A DNA stretch of 64,000 bases from Pseudomonadota bacterium (GCA_027620075.1 JAQCEY010000007.1:43764-107763), one strand, 5' to 3'; shown: positions 1 to 9,522, counted from the first letter of the stretch. Translations and numbers: made by a program. Notes: generated by a model from the letters alone, not told the origin.

Positions 1-257
1 CGTGCAAATTTGAACATGCTGTTTTACGCTATATAAATGTGCCGCTAGATGATGGTCAGTTCGATGCCCTTGTATCTTTTACCTATAATTTAGGGCCGGC
101 AGCGTTGCAGAGATCTACTCTCCGTAGAAAGGTGAACCGTGAAGAGCATTCAGACGTTCCACATGAATTTAGAAAATGGGTATTTGCCGGAGGACGCAAA
201 CTTAAAGGATTAATCAGGCGTAGAAATGAAGAGGCGGAGGTGTATGCAAATGGCTAG
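1..257 (+). CDS. phage-type lysozyme (GH24-like), 5' end cut by the window edge
   Basis: Frame is open from base 3 to the stop at 255-257. DGQFDALVSFTYNLG...LKGLIRRRNEE resembles the C-terminal half of lambda/P21-type endolysins. Confidence 0.7.
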   Translation, partial: CKFEHAVLRYINVPLDDGQFDALVSFTYNLGPAALQRSTLRRKVNREEHSDVPHEFRKWVFAGGRKLKGLIRRRNEEAEVYANG

Positions 258-266
258 TTTTGATAA

Positions 267-638
267 TCAGCGTTTGTGGGGCGGAGTATATTTGCCTGAT
301 GCTACCATTTCATCATAAATTTTCTGCTTTTCTTCCTTTGAAAGATTATCGTCATATGCACTGAAATGCGATAAACATATTCTTTTGCCATTTTCATCTT
401 CACCATAAATATCATCAAGTAGCATATATGGTTCAATTTCAAGGCCGTATGATACCTTTAGCACTGCATTTAGCATTTGATCTTCTTTCCCACCTTCAAG
501 AGTTATAATTTCTGCCGTTGTAAGATAACTGGCTTTTGCCAGTGCCTCTTGAGTCAGGCCGTTATCTTCACGGTGAATACGGATATTATTACCGATATAT
601 TGTTTAAATTCACTGTATCGTTTAGTGGAGTAAAGCAT
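267..638 (-). CDS. XRE-family HTH transcriptional regulator
   Basis: HTH_3-like segment IRIHREDNGLTQEALAKASYLTTAEIITLEGG. Start abuts the stop of the upstream gene at 638. Confidence 0.7.
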   Translation of the reverse strand: MLYSTKRYSEFKQYIGNNIRIHREDNGLTQEALAKASYLTTAEIITLEGGKEDQMLNAVLKVSYGLEIEPYMLLDDIYGEDENGKRICLSHFSAYDDNLSKEEKQKIYDEMVASGKYTPPHKR

Positions 639-907
639 TATTGGTGCTCCTTTTGGTTGGTAAAAAATTGTGCAATAGGGGTTGTAACAAGTAAGTATTT
701 TTCTTCGTTTTGATAGCTCTTTTCCAATAATAGCTTTAATTCAGATAATTCCTTTTTTATCGATCTAGGTTTTAGAGTTTCACTAGTATAAGGCAATCCC
801 ATATCCCCTCGCATTTGCATTGCTAATTTTCTAAAATCATGTGAGGCGCGTTCTTTTTGCCATAAGCGTAAATCGATAACATTGTTGCTATGTGCTAGAT
901 CTTTCAT
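638..907 (-). CDS. hypothetical protein
   Basis: 89-aa ORF that overlaps both neighbours by a few nt (operon-like). No recognisable domain. Confidence 0.45.
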   Translation of the reverse strand: MKDLAHSNNVIDLRLWQKERASHDFRKLAMQMRGDMGLPYTSETLKPRSIKKELSELKLLLEKSYQNEEKYLLVTTPIAQFFTNQKEHQ

Positions 908-1557
908 TGATTTACTCCTGTTACCTGATGCGCTGCCTCAATAAGCTCAGGATCAAATTTAAGTCCGGATTTCGCAGCTTTCCCTGAGCTGACTTTCATA
1001 ACGATATAGTTATTTTTTTCACGCAAACTCACCATTCCTCCGTCATGAAAAAAGTATTTGTCGTCCCCTATGGTTAATATTGGTTTGCCCGATGCGCGGT
1101 TTAGAAAGCCATCAAGCTCCCGGCGGCTATACATATAGCTGATAAAAAGTACGTCACAGTATTTTACGTCAGATTCCCCAACTCCTCTCTTTATCTCCCA
1201 TTGATGCCCTTCTTCTTGCTGCACAAGATTAGCCATTTTGTCTAATTTTCCATGAAAGTCATCATCCCCCACCAGACATATTCTTAGTTTTTCCTTTTTG
1301 CCGTCAGGCCACGTTGTAGCGGTAATAATATCTTTGATAAGAAATGCCTTATAAACATATTGGTCATGGATTTTTGAGCCGTCTTGCTCTGTATAAGTGG
1401 CGTTTTTCCAGTATTCATCCAGTGTTTTGCTTTGCTGCAATACTGATGGCGTTGATGTGCACCCTGCTATAGTTATTAGCGACAAAACTATTACAGTTCT
1501 TCTGATATTTTTAGCACTATAATCAACTATTTTTGGTATTCGTGATTCATCAGACAT
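904..1557 (-). CDS. YfiR/DUF4154-like lipoprotein
   Basis: Lipobox-like LITIAGC after a hydrophobic N-terminus. LRICLVGDD..CDVLFIS..KPILTIGD..GGMVSL..KVSSGKAAKSGLKFDPELIEAA fits the DUF4154 pattern. GGAGGG RBS lies upstream. Confidence 0.55.
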   Translation of the reverse strand: MSDESRIPKIVDYSAKNIRRTVIVLSLITIAGCTSTPSVLQQSKTLDEYWKNATYTEQDGSKIHDQYVYKAFLIKDIITATTWPDGKKEKLRICLVGDDDFHGKLDKMANLVQQEEGHQWEIKRGVGESDVKYCDVLFISYMYSRRELDGFLNRASGKPILTIGDDKYFFHDGGMVSLREKNNYIVMKVSSGKAAKSGLKFDPELIEAAHQVTGVNQ

Positions 1558-1587
1558 TTTACCCTCCTTTGTACAATTGTTATTACA

Positions 1588-1710
1588 TGTCCAATGAAGC
1601 CATACAAAGCAAGAGACATCAAGTTAATGATGAGTAATTATAGTTATATTTCAATATGTTAGATCAGGAGTTGACTTGTGCTAACTTGTATGGATGTCAG
1701 ATTTGAATTT
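1588..1710 (-). promoter_or_regulatory. conserved leader/upstream element, copy A
   Basis: Blocks tccaatgaagccata (1590), acatcaagtt (1616), gttatatttcaat (1643) and ttgacttg (1671) recur with identical spacing at 31453-31541. The proximal block lies 33 nt from the start codon in both copies. Confidence 0.5.
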
Positions 1711-1955
1711 GTCAGGAATATAAGCTTCTGCGCCTGTAGCACCTAATAATCGAGACAAGTGTTGGTATCATTATACAACGCTTCTAGTAAGACGAAATCC
1801 CAGCTTTAATAAAATACGCTACTGATAGCTATAAAGTAGGCGTAATAAAGCCCTGCAAATCAATACTGAGCATGACATTAAGCACTCTAATTCTGGCTAT
1901 TTAGCACAAAATGCTCTATGTTTGGGAGCCTTAAAAGATAAATGACGATTATAAT

Positions 1956-3725
1956 ATGCAAAACGATACTACATTACCAAAAACCCTGCCGGCATTCTTC
2001 TGGCATTTTGTAAGACCATATTGTTGGTATTTTATAGTATTACTTACAACCGGTGTTTTATGGGGCTTTTTAACTTCAGCCACACCATATACGCTTAAGT
2101 TATTAATAGATAAGTTAGCCGGAGTATCTAACTTACCTTTAGATGCTATGCAATTATTTGCTATTTATATGGCTCTGTGGATATGGCAGGCGTGTAATCA
2201 CCGTTTAGTAGATTGGATATGGCTCAGAATGCTACCTAATATACGCCGAGATATAATTAATAGTATGTATGGCTATTTGAGTGGACATTCTTACAACTTT
2301 TTTCAAAATAATTTTGCAGGCAGTTTACAAAATAAAATTAGTGACATAACCGGCGGCTCGGTATCAATTTTACGAAAGATTGATGATGGGTTTGCTCAAG
2401 TGGTTGGTTTGATAATAGCCTTCTCTGCAATGCTATTTGTGCATCCTAGTTTCGCTTTTTTGTTGTTTGGTTGGGCAGTTGCATTTTTAAGTGTAGGCTT
2501 TTTCTTTAGTAAAAAAATACACAAACTGTCACATGATTTTTCTTCTTCTAGAACTTCTATGATTGGCAAGATAGTTGATGGCATAAGTAATATGATTATA
2601 GTTCGTAGTTTTGCACGCAGGTCATTTGAGCATAAATATCTAGATAAAGCCGTAAACGATACGGTGGAAAAAGATAGGAAGGTGCAACGCTCCATTTTAT
2701 TCATGCATATTGGTTTTGATATTACCATCCTTACTATGATTGGGTTGATGGTATGGAATCTGATTTACTTACATGGAACAGGTGATGTTACCATTGGTGA
2801 TTTTGCTTTTATAATGATGTTGGTTGTAAATATTTTTATGGCTTTATGGTGGCTGGTAAGTCAGCTTGTTGAATTTGCTGAGGAACTTGGAAAATGTTCC
2901 CAGGCACTTACGATTATCACAACAGCGCATGAAATTGTAGACGTATCAGATGCAAAACAACTTAGCGTAACCGAGGGACAAATTAAATTCGACAACGTAA
3001 CCTTCCATTACAATAAAGACACAAATGTTTTTGAAAATAAAGATGTGGCTATTGAAGCAGGTCAAAAGGTTGGTTTGATAGGCTTTTCAGGCAGCGGTAA
3101 AACTACGTTTGTAAATTTGATATTACGCTTCTTTGATGTTGAGTCGGGGAAAATAATGATTGACGGACAAAATATCACCGAAGTCACACAGGATTCTTTG
3201 CGTGAGAACATCTCTATGATTCCGCAGGATACTTCGCTTTTTCATCGTTCATTAATGGATAATATCCGTTATGGCAAAATTGATGCTAGTGATGAAGAAG
3301 TGATTGAAGCCTCCAAACAGGCGCATTGCCATGAGTTTATTGAGAAGCTACCAGAAAGATATGAAGCATTAGTTGGTGAGCGCGGCATTAAGCTTTCTGG
3401 CGGGCAGCGGCAGAGGATAGCTATTGCCCGTGCAATGCTAAAAGACGCACCTATTTTGATATTGGACGAGGCAACTTCTGCGTTAGATTCTGTTACCGAA
3501 AAACATATTCAAGAGAGCCTACATAGCTTAATGAAAGGCCGAACAACAATTGTTATCGCCCATCGCCTTTCTACCCTATCAGAAATGGATAGAATCCTGG
3601 TATTTGATAAAGGGCATATAATAGAAGATGGCAGCCACGAAAAACTGCTAAAAAACAAAGGCCATTATGCCCGTATGTGGAAGATGCAAGCTGGTGGGTT
3701 CTTGCCGGAGGTAGAAGATGAATAA
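1956..3725 (+). CDS. ABC exporter, fused permease/ATPase (MsbA-like half transporter)
   Basis: Six-TM N-terminal half. Walker A GFSGSGKTT, signature LSGGQRQR, Walker B ILILDEATSALD. Confidence 0.9.
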   Translation: MQNDTTLPKTLPAFFWHFVRPYCWYFIVLLTTGVLWGFLTSATPYTLKLLIDKLAGVSNLPLDAMQLFAIYMALWIWQACNHRLVDWIWLRMLPNIRRDIINSMYGYLSGHSYNFFQNNFAGSLQNKISDITGGSVSILRKIDDGFAQVVGLIIAFSAMLFVHPSFAFLLFGWAVAFLSVGFFFSKKIHKLSHDFSSSRTSMIGKIVDGISNMIIVRSFARRSFEHKYLDKAVNDTVEKDRKVQRSILFMHIGFDITILTMIGLMVWNLIYLHGTGDVTIGDFAFIMMLVVNIFMALWWLVSQLVEFAEELGKCSQALTIITTAHEIVDVSDAKQLSVTEGQIKFDNVTFHYNKDTNVFENKDVAIEAGQKVGLIGFSGSGKTTFVNLILRFFDVESGKIMIDGQNITEVTQDSLRENISMIPQDTSLFHRSLMDNIRYGKIDASDEEVIEASKQAHCHEFIEKLPERYEALVGERGIKLSGGQRQRIAIARAMLKDAPILILDEATSALDSVTEKHIQESLHSLMKGRTTIVIAHRLSTLSEMDRILVFDKGHIIEDGSHEKLLKNKGHYARMWKMQAGGFLPEVEDE

Positions 3726-4419
3726 ATTAGAGGCAGTGATTTTTGATATGGATGGGCTAATGCTGGATACAGAGCGGTTGGCAATTCCTTCAATCAAGAG
3801 GGCTGGTACGGTTCTTGGCATTAATCTTACTGATGATATTCTAATAGAAATGAATGGCCTTAATGAAGATGATTCCCATGTAGCTATGGAAAAAAAGTTA
3901 GGAATATCTATACCAAAAAAGGAATTTGCAGATGCTTTTCATGATGATTATGAAAAAGCAATAGCCGAAAATGGAGTCCCTATCAAAGAAGGTCTAATTG
4001 AATTAATTGATTTATTAGAAAAAAACAACATAAGACGAGCAGTTGCTACGTCTACCAAACATAGCTTGGCATTAAAGAAACTTAAATTGGCTGGAATTAT
4101 AGATCGTTTTGAAGTGATAATTGGCGGAGATCAAGTAGAAAAAGGTAAGCCTGCACCAGATCCATATTTAAAAGCTGCAGATAAACTAGGTGTTCATGTT
4201 GATAATTGTTTAGCACTTGAGGATTCTGATAATGGCGCTATGTCAGCATATATCGCTGGTATTAAAGTGATTGTAATACCAGATATTAAACAGCCCTCTC
4301 CTAAGACAGCCAGTATTGCGCTAAATATTTATGATTCATTATCTGAGGTGAATAAATATTTGCAAACAAGTGGAGTTTTATCGGAGAATAAAAATGGAGA
4401 AAAAAGTGGAAAAAACTAA
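3718..4419 (+). CDS. HAD-IA family hydrolase (beta-phosphoglucomutase-like phosphatase)
   Basis: Motif I FDMDGLMLDT, GKPAPDPYL, motif IV EDSDNG. Start overlaps the ABC gene stop. Confidence 0.85.
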   Translation: MNKLEAVIFDMDGLMLDTERLAIPSIKRAGTVLGINLTDDILIEMNGLNEDDSHVAMEKKLGISIPKKEFADAFHDDYEKAIAENGVPIKEGLIELIDLLEKNNIRRAVATSTKHSLALKKLKLAGIIDRFEVIIGGDQVEKGKPAPDPYLKAADKLGVHVDNCLALEDSDNGAMSAYIAGIKVIVIPDIKQPSPKTASIALNIYDSLSEVNKYLQTSGVLSENKNGEKSGKN

Positions 4420-5179
4420 TTTAGGCCTTCCCCTCGAATACCAGCAAATGCCGGAATATTTCGATGCGCATAATGTAAGCGAAGAGACGGATGCAAAGAA
4501 TGCTGTCATCGAACGACTGCTTAAAGAGCAGAGTGTTAAAACTGTATTGGATATGACCTGTGGTACAGGTTCTCAGGTGTTTTATCTACAGCAGCGAGGT
4601 TATGAAGTTACAGGCAGTGATTTTAGCCCTGCTTTAATAGAACAGGCAAAAAATAAAGCCAAAGCACAAGGAAAAGAAATTGCTTTTATCGATGGTGATA
4701 TGCGTGATCTAAAAGTCGGCCAGTTTGATGCAGTAATCACCATGTTTAACGCCATCGGCCATGTATCAAAATCAGATTTTGAAAAAACCATGCAGAACAT
4801 TCATGGCAACCTTCAAGATGGCGGCATCTATATTTTTGATATCTTCAATCTCCAAGCTATCACTGACGAGGTGATCCATGGTTTTAATATGAATATCCAG
4901 ACCACACAAAATGGCACTAAAATCCGAAATCAGCAGTATTCCGAAGTTGATAGAGCAAACAGACTGCTAACCTCCCATGACCATTATACCATCACTAAAG
5001 AAGAGCGTGAGCCAGAAATTTATACTAACAGCTTTAGCTTGCAAATTTATACAGCAAAGGAATTAAAAGAAATGCTGGCGCAAAATGGCTTTGCAACACT
5101 CCATCAGTATGATTTGGAAGGTAATGATTTTATAGCAGATAAAAGCCTGAATATCCTGACAGTTGCGAGGAAAATATGA
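4394..5179 (+). CDS. class I SAM-dependent methyltransferase
   Basis: VLDMTCGTGSQ motif I, DAVITMFNAIGH. ATG at 4394 is preferred over the track start 4370 because GGAGA lies 6 nt upstream. Confidence 0.8.
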   Translation: MEKKVEKTNLGLPLEYQQMPEYFDAHNVSEETDAKNAVIERLLKEQSVKTVLDMTCGTGSQVFYLQQRGYEVTGSDFSPALIEQAKNKAKAQGKEIAFIDGDMRDLKVGQFDAVITMFNAIGHVSKSDFEKTMQNIHGNLQDGGIYIFDIFNLQAITDEVIHGFNMNIQTTQNGTKIRNQQYSEVDRANRLLTSHDHYTITKEEREPEIYTNSFSLQIYTAKELKEMLAQNGFATLHQYDLEGNDFIADKSLNILTVARKI

Positions 5180-5484
5180 TACTTGAAACGGCAACATTAG
5201 ACGTAATACCAACAAAAACAGCCGAATTTGAACAAGCCTTTGCCAAAGCACAAAAAATAATCAGCTCTATGGATGGCTATATTTCTCATGAATTGCAAAA
5301 ATGTATTGAGCAAAAAAATCGCTATATCCTTCTAGTAAAATGGCAAACTCTTGAGAATCATACTGTTGGCTTCAGACAGTCTGAAGAATACCAGGAATGG
5401 AAAAAATCATTGCATCATTTTTATGATCCATTTCCGACTGTTGAGCATTATGAGATGGTTGAGTTTGAAGAGGAGGTTATATAA
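5176..5484 (+). CDS. antibiotic-biosynthesis-monooxygenase (ABM) domain protein
   Basis: About 100-aa ferredoxin-like protein. F..AF.KA..I.S..GY.SHEL...IE....Y.LLV.W..LE.H resembles the ABM fold. Confidence 0.6.
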   Translation: MILETATLDVIPTKTAEFEQAFAKAQKIISSMDGYISHELQKCIEQKNRYILLVKWQTLENHTVGFRQSEEYQEWKKSLHHFYDPFPTVEHYEMVEFEEEVI

Positions 5485-6384
5485 ATGTTATGGGTAGCAT
5501 TAACTATATTCGGTGCATTAATGAATGCAATACGGCTAGGATTGCAGAAGCATCTTAATAATGACCTTTCTACCGCAGTCGTAACATGGGTTAGGTATAG
5601 CTTTGGGCTACCATTTGTTTTGTTATATTTATTATTTGTGAGTCAGATTCACTCTGACATCCCTGAAATAAACAATGGATTTTTGCTATACTGCACGTTG
5701 GGAGGCATCACCCAGATTTTAGGAACAATGTTACTGGTAACACTTTTTAAGCATCGTAACTTTGCTATCGGGGTAACCTATTCAAAAACAGAAGCCGTAC
5801 AAACTGCGCTTATCGGCCTGATTCTATTTCAAGAAACAATAAGCCTGATAGGAATGGTAGCTATAATATTAGGTGTTGTTGGGATTGTAATAATTTCCGT
5901 AGGCGAAAAACAAATTGATTTAAGTCAGATTACTTCAAGCGCGTCTAAAAAGTCAGCATTAATAGGGATAGGAGCTGGATTTAGCTTTGCATTGTCAGGG
6001 CTGTTTATTCGTAACGCAAGTTTGGCACTTGATGGGACAAGCCCTATGATGCAAGCCGCAATGACGTTAACGGTGACCATTATCATTCAAGTTGCTATAT
6101 TGGGGGCGTGGATCTCCTATAAAAAACAACAGGATTTTTTTGCTATTATAGCAAACATAAAAATCTCCGCCTTGATCGGCTTCACAAGCGTTTTAGGTTC
6201 TATAGGATTATTTACAGCATTAGCAATGGCCGAGGCAGCCTATGTAAAAACAGTGACTCAAGTGGGTGTTGTGTTTTCAATTATGATTACACACAAGTGC
6301 TTTAAGGAAAAAGTGAATAAACAAGAAATGATAGGAATCATAGTGTTAATAGGCAGTATTGGGCTATTGTCGTTTTATAAATAA
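5485..6384 (+). CDS. EamA/DMT-superfamily membrane transporter
   Basis: About 10 predicted TM segments. Clear paralogue of 18369..19271 (shared GLQKHL, WVRY.FGLPF, PEIN..FLLYC, SLF.HRNFA.G.TY.KTEA.QTAL). Confidence 0.75.
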   Translation: MLWVALTIFGALMNAIRLGLQKHLNNDLSTAVVTWVRYSFGLPFVLLYLLFVSQIHSDIPEINNGFLLYCTLGGITQILGTMLLVTLFKHRNFAIGVTYSKTEAVQTALIGLILFQETISLIGMVAIILGVVGIVIISVGEKQIDLSQITSSASKKSALIGIGAGFSFALSGLFIRNASLALDGTSPMMQAAMTLTVTIIIQVAILGAWISYKKQQDFFAIIANIKISALIGFTSVLGSIGLFTALAMAEAAYVKTVTQVGVVFSIMITHKCFKEKVNKQEMIGIIVLIGSIGLLSFYK

Positions 6385-6398
6385 AAAGGCTTACAGAA

Positions 6399-6872
6399 GT
6401 GAAAATTAAGATTAGACAATATAAACCAGATGATGCGAAAAGCTTAGCCTTAATATATTATCATACCATCCATAATATCAATATTCAGGATTATACAGAG
6501 GAGCAAGTAAACGCCTGGGCTCCTTATGACTCAGTGGAAGATTATAGTGGTTGGCAGAGAAAATTAGCAAAGGTTAAGCCGTTTGTTGCAGTGATTGATG
6601 AGCTGCCTGTAGGTTTCGCTGAATTTGAAGAATATGGCCATATTGATTGTTTTTATGTGCATCATGAATGGAATGGCAAAGGCATTGGCTCAAAGTTGAT
6701 GGCGGCTATTTTTGAGAAAGCAGCGGTGCAAAATATATCTCGTATTTTTTCTGAGGTTAGCATTACCGCTAAGCCGTTCTTTGAGGCAAAGGGATTTAAA
6801 ACCGTAAAAGAACAAACAGTGACATTGCGTGGCGTAGAAATGACTAACTTCGTTATGGAGAAAATGCTATGA
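6399..6872 (+). CDS. GNAT family N-acetyltransferase
   Basis: HHEWNGKGIGSKLM acetyl-CoA (Q/RxxGxG/A) motif. GTG start. Confidence 0.8.
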   Translation: MKIKIRQYKPDDAKSLALIYYHTIHNINIQDYTEEQVNAWAPYDSVEDYSGWQRKLAKVKPFVAVIDELPVGFAEFEEYGHIDCFYVHHEWNGKGIGSKLMAAIFEKAAVQNISRIFSEVSITAKPFFEAKGFKTVKEQTVTLRGVEMTNFVMEKML

Positions 6873-7297
6873 AGCAAAAAATAATAGCATCCTCACCTGA
6901 GGATAAAGAGTGGGTAATGGAGCAACTTATTGCTTTTAACAGAAAGTTTTTGCCCTCTACCCCAGAGAAAAAAGATCTCATTCCTCTCAACTTTCACATT
7001 CTAAGTCAGGATAAAATGATTATTGCCGGGATCAATTCCATTATGCTGTACAAATCGACAGTCAAGATCGATATTTTATGGGTTGAAGAGGAGCATAGAG
7101 GGCATGATTACGGTTCACAGCTTTTAGGACATGTGGAAACAGAGGCTAAAAAATCAGGTGCCGCCTTGATACATCTTGATACATTTGATTTTCAGGCAAG
7201 AGAGTTTTATGCGAAATGTGGCTATGAAGAGTTTGCAGTATTGGAAAACTCTCCAGCAATGGGTAATAAGCGGTTTTATATGAGAAAAATATTATGA
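6869..7297 (+). CDS. GNAT family N-acetyltransferase
   Basis: VEEEHRGHDYGSQLL motif. 4-nt start/stop overlaps on both sides. Confidence 0.75.
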   Translation: MKQKIIASSPEDKEWVMEQLIAFNRKFLPSTPEKKDLIPLNFHILSQDKMIIAGINSIMLYKSTVKIDILWVEEEHRGHDYGSQLLGHVETEAKKSGAALIHLDTFDFQAREFYAKCGYEEFAVLENSPAMGNKRFYMRKIL

Positions 7298-7872
7298 CTG
7301 ATCAAAATTTTCCATTGATACAAACAATGCGCTGCATATTACGCCTTCCTGAACTGGCAGAAGCTGGTTTAATGTATGATTTTGTTGCCAGCAACAAGCA
7401 ACATCTATCAAAATGGGAACCACTGCAAGAAGGTAGCTATTACACAGAAGAATACTGGCAGAATAAAACCACCCAAATCCACGATGATTTTCTTTCCGAC
7501 AAATCATGCTGCCTGAATATCTACACAAAAGAAGATAACCGGTTAATCGGTATTGTCAACTACAGCAATTTTGTCCGTGGCTGTTTTCACTCCTGTTTTT
7601 TAGGCTTCAAAATATCCGAAGATATGCAGAGAAAAGGAATTATCACAGAGTGCCTGCAAGTCTCTATCGCTTATGTGTTTGATGAACTGAACTTGCACCG
7701 CATCAGCGCCAACTATATGCCAAGTAATAAGGCAAGTGCCAGAGTTTTAGAAAAATGTGAGTTTAAGAAAGAAGGCGTTGCCGAGGATTATTTATATATC
7801 AATGGTAAATGGGAAGGGCATGTACTAACAAGCTTGATTAATAAAAAATGGGTAAAACAAAATGACAAATAA
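7294..7872 (+). CDS. GNAT acetyltransferase, RimJ/RimL-like (Acetyltransf_3 type)
   Basis: LRLPELAEA...W..... NRLIG.V...N........LGFKI.EDMQRKG...E....... L.LHRI.A......N.AS.RVLEKCEFKKEG pattern of RimL/MccE-CTD relatives. Confidence 0.75.
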   Translation: MTDQNFPLIQTMRCILRLPELAEAGLMYDFVASNKQHLSKWEPLQEGSYYTEEYWQNKTTQIHDDFLSDKSCCLNIYTKEDNRLIGIVNYSNFVRGCFHSCFLGFKISEDMQRKGIITECLQVSIAYVFDELNLHRISANYMPSNKASARVLEKCEFKKEGVAEDYLYINGKWEGHVLTSLINKKWVKQNDK

Positions 7873-8380
7873 CATCACATTCAAAAAGGCAGTAGCCTCA
7901 GATAAACCGTTAATCAAAGAATGGTGGAATAAACCACATGTTATGGAGTTCTGGGATAACAGCCCCGAAATGTGGCAAAATGTGGAGAATTACCTGGATA
8001 AAGGCATTATTGATCTTTTTGATTACTGGATTGGATATAAGAGTGATGTTCCTTTTTCCTTAGTTATGAGTTCGTTTATAGACCCTACACAAAAAGATAT
8101 CTATGGCAGAAATTGCATCCAGGACGGTGATAGCTGGTCTATGGATTTTATGATTGGCTGTGATAAGCACTTGAGGCAAGGTTTGGCAGCCCCTACGCTC
8201 AAAGCTTTTATGGATTTTGCACCAGCAAAAGTGAAACGATTTCTTATTGACCCTGCAAGTCATAATAAACGCGCAGTGCATGTTTACACACAAGCAGGAT
8301 TTAAAGAAGTTGAACGATTCACCCCTGAGACGGGAAGTTTTGCAGGCCAAGAGCATATAATGATGAGGTGTAACAAATGA
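7862..8380 (+). CDS. GNAT acetyltransferase, Acetyltransf_8 / AAC(6')-like
   Basis: IKEWWNKPHVMEFWD N-terminal signature and ...DP...N.RA...Y..AGF. Paralogue of 29736..30269. Confidence 0.65.
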   Translation: MTNNITFKKAVASDKPLIKEWWNKPHVMEFWDNSPEMWQNVENYLDKGIIDLFDYWIGYKSDVPFSLVMSSFIDPTQKDIYGRNCIQDGDSWSMDFMIGCDKHLRQGLAAPTLKAFMDFAPAKVKRFLIDPASHNKRAVHVYTQAGFKEVERFTPETGSFAGQEHIMMRCNK

Positions 8381-9288
8381 AATATAAAAGAATTACCAAA
8401 GGCTCAACAATAGGCTTAATCTCGCCTTCAAGCCCTCCTGACTTGGGGGCAATTGAAATAGTTACAGGATTCCTCAAGCAGCAAGGGTTTAAAGTAAAAT
8501 TAGGCCGACATATTACGAAAGAAGGTCTATTCTCAGCAGGTTCAGATCAAGAAAGAGCTGAAGATGTTATGAGGTTCTTTTTAGATACGGAAGTGGATGC
8601 GTTAATGGTAACCCGTGGAGGCGTTGGTTCCATCACAATCTTACCATTACTAGACTTTGATGCTATCTATCATAACCCAAAACCAATTATCGGCTTTAGT
8701 GACACCACAGCTTTACAATTGGGGATACATGCAAAAACGCAATCGGTATCTATTACAGGATTTGGTGGTAGCGATATCCAAAAAGAAGAGCCTTTTGTCG
8801 ATGCATTTCTTAGTGAAACACTTAATAAATGTTTGAATCAGGAAAATTATACAATATTACAAGGAAGTACTGTTAATCCAGGTACTGTCACTGCTCCGTT
8901 AATTGGTGGTAATCTGATGAGTTTTGTTAATTTAATGGGAACGCCATTTCAACCAAAATTTCGAGATACAATCCTTCTTTTTGAAGAAGTCTTGATTGAG
9001 CCCTATATTATTGAGGGCATGCTATCACAATTGTATGTATCCGGTGTATTTGAACAAGTGTCCGGCATCATCATCGGCAGTTTTACGGGTTGTGAGTCAA
9101 AGCTTTTTCCTGAAGATAGTGGAACAATTGATGATATCATAAATGACTGGAGTCATAAGATTAAGGTTCCTTGCATCAGAGATTTTCCTTATGGACATAC
9201 GGATAGTCGTTGCGTCTTACCTTTGGGGCATAAAGTCACACTGGATGCTACAAATTGTACAGTGAACATATCATTTGATGGTGAGTAA
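8377..9288 (+). CDS. S66 LD-carboxypeptidase / MccF-like serine peptidase
   Basis: GSTIGLISPSS N-terminus, nucleophile motif IGFSDTTAL, C-terminal FPYGHT. Confidence 0.8.
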   Translation: MKYKRITKGSTIGLISPSSPPDLGAIEIVTGFLKQQGFKVKLGRHITKEGLFSAGSDQERAEDVMRFFLDTEVDALMVTRGGVGSITILPLLDFDAIYHNPKPIIGFSDTTALQLGIHAKTQSVSITGFGGSDIQKEEPFVDAFLSETLNKCLNQENYTILQGSTVNPGTVTAPLIGGNLMSFVNLMGTPFQPKFRDTILLFEEVLIEPYIIEGMLSQLYVSGVFEQVSGIIIGSFTGCESKLFPEDSGTIDDIINDWSHKIKVPCIRDFPYGHTDSRCVLPLGHKVTLDATNCTVNISFDGE

Positions 9289-9290
9289 CT

Positions 9291-9452
9291 ATGACCTTAA
9301 CTAACCGTATTTATGAACTGGAATTATCACTACTCACCTATGAAACTAGGCAATCTGTCAATGCCTTGGACGGCCTATTGCATGATGATTTTATAGAGTT
9401 TGGTGCTTCAGGAAAAACTTATAATAAAAGTATGGTAATTGAGGAGGAAAGT
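9291..9452 (+). pseudogene. DUF4440/SnoaL-like gene, 5' fragment disrupted by an IS
   Basis: LLHDDFIEFGASGKTYNKSMVIEEE is followed by IS terminal sequence. The remaining track ORF residues (VPQKLDHLQESNLS) are read-through into the IS inverted repeat. Confidence 0.7.
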
Positions 9453-9522
9453 GTACCCCAAAAACTGGACCATTTACAAGAGTCCAATTTGAGTTAAAAT
9501 GAGGTTAACATTTTGAATTAGA

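Noticed and set aside
2396-2728. 110-aa minus-strand ORF inside the ABC exporter gene. Similar antisense ORFs occur at 4600..4800, 6662..6877, 8060..8356, 14764..15009, 15416..15706, 16855..17115, 17673..17912, 18171..18443 and 18602..18898.
   Set aside because: Each is fully embedded antisense in a well-supported CDS. They have no RBS or domain signal and show the hydrophobic or low-complexity composition typical of shadow ORFs in AT-rich DNA.
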